Part shown: one piece after another, positions 60,464-64,000 of the stretch
How positions within the stretch are numbered: position 1 is the first letter of the stretch
Layout of the letters: the number at the start of each line of letters is the position of its first letter
Made by a program: the position numbers and the translations under genes
Assembly (NCBI RefSeq): GCF_002571385.2
Contig: NW_019217800.1
Location: 505,251 to 569,250, forward strand
Length of the DNA stretch: 64,000 bases
Direction of reading: 5' to 3'
Source: Stylophora pistillata
Lineage: Eukaryota
The notes under the pieces: model-generated
Told to the model about the DNA's origin: nothing
The model's input: the letters and a program-made list of their open reading frames with translations, nothing else
Databases searched by the model: none

Positions 60464-61677
60464 GGCATATTGTAAAATAAACACTGGATTGGATTTGTAA
60501 AACATGGACTGGATTTGTAAAATATGGACTGGATTTGTCAAACATGGACTGGATTTGTCAAACATGGATTGGATTTGTCAAACATGGACTGGATTTGTCA
60601 AACATGGACTGGATTTGTCAAACATAGACTGGATTTGTAAAACATGGATTTGTAAAACATGGATTTTTAGTGTTTGAATTGGTAGTACCATTTCAAACAC
60701 TGAAAGTTATCCGTGTTTAATTTCATCCTCGCGACCTTCTTCACTCTTTTTCACGTGTTTGCTGGATGCAGAATATTCACTTTTTCACGTAGTTGAGTAA
60801 ACTGAAAAAGCTCGTTCCAGATATGTACAGTTACTATAACAAATCTGGAAAATATTTAAGTACATGGCGCTTAAATAGACTCCAGTGTTTTATTCATCTT
60901 TAACACAAGAGAAGAAACAAATGTAAAGTCAGCCAAATAGACGGTCCCAAATATCCCGCTTCCAAGCTCTTCTTTAATTTTTACAGAGCTCCACGAGAAC
61001 TCTGGAAACTCAAATCCACGTCGCCGTTTTATGGTCAGAGATGGAACTTTAAAAGAAGCCGCCATCTCCTTCCTATCTTCTCCCGCGCAAATTTAAAAGA
61101 TGCAAATCTATTTTCGACTGAGTTCTACAATGCATTTTTCAAATTACGGTCTTTTGGCAGCCTGGTTGTTTGTATATCACGTACACTTTCAGGTTTGTTC
61201 CATGTTTGCCCTTGTAAAATTACCTATTCCCGTAAAGCATTGGAAATCGGTCTTGACCAGCTCCTGTGTATTGAGATGTTGTTAATTTTACAAATAAAAA
61301 CGCGCCGAATGCATTGTAGAGTTAATTATAAGCACGCGGAATTTTGTTTTTGAACACGAGAGAATGTCAAAAATGCTGAGAATGGTTACTCGCTGTAAGC
61401 GAATGCTTCTCGTATTTCTTGACTATTCTTAAAAATTTTCAAATGCTAATACAAACTCAACATCAAACAATCTTTTAGAGAAATTATTAGGTAATATAAA
61501 ATAAAAATAATATAAAGTAAAAAAATTAAGATTAAAAAGGGACAGACAGAGAAATAAACAAATAAACAGTCGAACAATGTTATCATGTTTCCATAAATCC
61601 ATGTTTTACAAATCCATGTTTTACAAATCCAGTCCATGTTTTACAAATCCAATCCAGTCTGTGTTTTACAATATGCC
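60464..61677. mobile_element. Non-autonomous Mutator-like DNA transposon carrying a kinase gene fragment
   Basis: TIRs GGCATATTGTAAAA...TTTTACAATATGCC. Perfect 9-bp TSD CTAACTAAA (60455-60463 and 61678-61686). Subterminal 20-bp repeats GGATTTGTMAAACATGGACT. Internal ORF 60871-61065(-). Confidence 0.85.
60871..61065 (-). pseudogene. Protein-kinase N-terminal fragment (subdomain I) inside the transposon
   Basis: MAASFKVP...FSWSSVKIKEELGSGIFGTVYLADF contains the Gly-rich loop GxGxFGxV. Similarity is lost afterwards (no VAxK, HRD or DFG) and the frame stops at 64 aa. Confidence 0.7.
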
Positions 61678-61701
61678 CTAACTAAACGCTTGTTTCAGCA
61701 A

Positions 61702-61729
61702 AAACAACAACAACAACAACAACAACAAC
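61702..61729. repeat. (AAC)n microsatellite
   Basis: About 9 tandem AAC units. Confidence 0.85.
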
Positions 61730-64000
61730 TACAAAAGCAACGATCACAATTAAAGCTGTCAAGTGGGATATTGTGCTAACATATGTTGGCTTCACTCTCC
61801 GATGTTGTCAGCTGACCTGTTTCAAAACGTCTGCTAAACCATATGTAACATGAGTTTAAGATGATTTCCAAGGTTTGACGTCAATCTTTTTATTGAAAAA
61901 CCATTTTTCATTTTTCTCTTTTGTCCTGCCTAAGCGCAGTTCTCGAGGGCGTGAGTAGTTTTCCAGATGCAACACTTCGAGCACATAAGCCAGAATGATG
62001 GAACCGCTTTACATAAAGAGGACACTAGTTTACTTTAACTACTTTAAATTTTTCATTTTTACTTTATTGTAATCAGACATGACATGACACTTAACAAATA
62101 ACGCACTACCCACAAATAGTAGAGCTAGTCTCAGCGGGCAGTGTGTGGACGCTAAAACATCTTAAATAAGTTTCGGCTCAACAAAAGATTCAATAAATAT
62201 ACAAGAAACAGAAATTAAATATTAAATCAGTAAAGCAGAAATGACAGTATGAGATAAAAATACAGAAACAGAAACACATGACAATAAATAGAAGAATACA
62301 TAAGTTATACACTACTATTAACTGGATTTAACTTTCGACACATCATTGATTATTCGTTCTACGTCAACATAACTATCCTGAACTTGAAGATTTTGAAATA
62401 ATGTAGATGTTAGNNNNNNNNNNNNNNNNNNNNNNNNNNNNNNNNNNNNNNNNNNNNNNNNNNNNNNNNNNNNNNNNNNNNNNNNNNNNNNNNNNNNNNN
62501 NNNNNNNNNNNNNNNNNNNNNNNNNNNNNNNNNNNNNNNNNNNNNNNNNNNNNNNNNNNNNNNNNNNNNNNNNNNNNNNNNNNNNNNNNNNNNNNNNNNN
62601 NNNNNNNNNNNNNNNNNNNNNNNNNNNNNNNNNNNNNNNNNNNNNNNNNNNNNNNNNNNNNNNNNNNNNNNNNNNNNNNNNNNNNNNNNNNNNNNNNNNN
62701 NNNNNNNNNNNNNNNNNNNNNNNNNNNNNNNNNNNNNNNNNNNNNNNNNNNNNNNNNNNNNNNNNNNNNNNNNNNNNNNNNNNNNNNNNNNNNNNNNNNN
62801 NNNNNNNNNNNNNNNNNNNNNNNNNNNNNNNNNNNNNNNNNNNNNNNNNNNNNNNNNNNNNNNNNNNNNNNNNNNNNNNNNNNNNNNNNNNNNNNNNNNN
62901 NNNNNNNNNNNNNNNNNNNNNNGGGGTAGGGGTTGGGAGAGTGGAATGGATGGTTTGTGTAGGGTGGTACCCAGAGGCACTTAGTAAAGGCTCGTGTTGA
63001 ATCAATACTTGTGAGAAACCTACACTTTTGGGACAAATTCTTCTGTATTTAATATTTTTCTATGCTGCTGAAAGCGTTCCCTTGCACGATAAGATGAGAC
63101 TGGAGACCTTTGTCAAAGCCGTGCAATTCTTTAGAAAGGAGTTAAACCACATTTCGTTCGTCCTCATAAAATATTCACATCTAATCTATAACATCTAATA
63201 TATTCAGTTATACGGGTGTGTCATAGCGCTTATGCATTCAGTGCGGGCCACCAGGTGCATTTCCTTCAAAAACGGTCGGTTAACTACCGATTGATGAACT
63301 ATTTAGTAAATTTTACGCAATTACTGAGCTGAGGCACCCAAATAACCCTAATTCTGGACGGATTTACTTCACAAAAGGAAGAAAAAAAAATATCTCTCCT
63401 ATACTTAAACCAAACGTATTATAAACTGATGTTCTCATGTAGTATTTGTTTACAAGAGAATCTTGATTTTAAACTTTATAGTTGGCGGCGGCCATTGATT
63501 AGATGAAACGAATCCTCTCTTCTGATTGCCCACTGGCCATTTTGCCCGCTCGAGATTGCCCACTTTAACCCCGCACAACGAAAAAATGCGGGGAGAGGAC
63601 TTAACAACAATCGTAATTTTTGGACAATGTCGGTAATGGAGTCGCAAATAGCGACGGAAGACGAAATCACGTTATTTTTTCAATTTGTCAAATGAAAAAA
63701 CCAGCACGCACCATCACAATTGGCTTTCTTATTAAAATACACAAAGCGTTTTTGATTCTTATAAAAACAAAATATTTTTGCTATATGGTAAATCTGTTGT
63801 ATATTGACCAAGCTTGTTTAGTCGAGATATTAACTTCGTTCTTTTTGTGCGGTTTTGTGGTCTCGGTCCATAAAAACGGCGGAATAAAAAGAACTAGACT
63901 TGACCTCCCTCTTGTTCAATAACACATATATCAGTGTTATCAAATTATAATATAAACAAAGAAAGAGCACATCTGTCGCTAGAATGACCCTCAGGGCTGC

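Overview
Eukaryotic (animal) genomic DNA: AT-rich, intron-rich, with three assembly gaps (1818-2289, 20692-21521, 62414-62922). The repeat types resemble a cnidarian, most likely a stony coral (inference). Hand splicing gives four conserved multi-exon genes: p70 S6 kinase (RPS6KB, -, 19 exons, ~500 aa), FBXO22 (-, 3 exons, ~416 aa), ROGDI (-, 13 exons, ~289 aa) and, head-to-head with ROGDI, B3GLCT (+, 15 exons, ~484-493 aa). B3GLCT introns hold two antisense nested genes: a solitary histone H2B with no stem-loop and a 247-aa orphan ORF. Downstream lie a ~3.7-kb 27-bp palindromic tandem array, an intronless SOUL heme-binding gene and an unannotated 3-exon secreted-precursor gene with a furin site. 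Mobile DNA is abundant: tRNA-SINEs, 5'-truncated LINEs, a solo LTR, MITEs and a Penelope-type remnant with a minimal hammerhead ribozyme. Two Mutator-like elements have 9-bp TSDs, and one carries a protein-kinase N-terminal fragment. The best novelty candidates are the kinase-carrying element, the orphan secreted precursor, the nested H2B and the 27-bp array.
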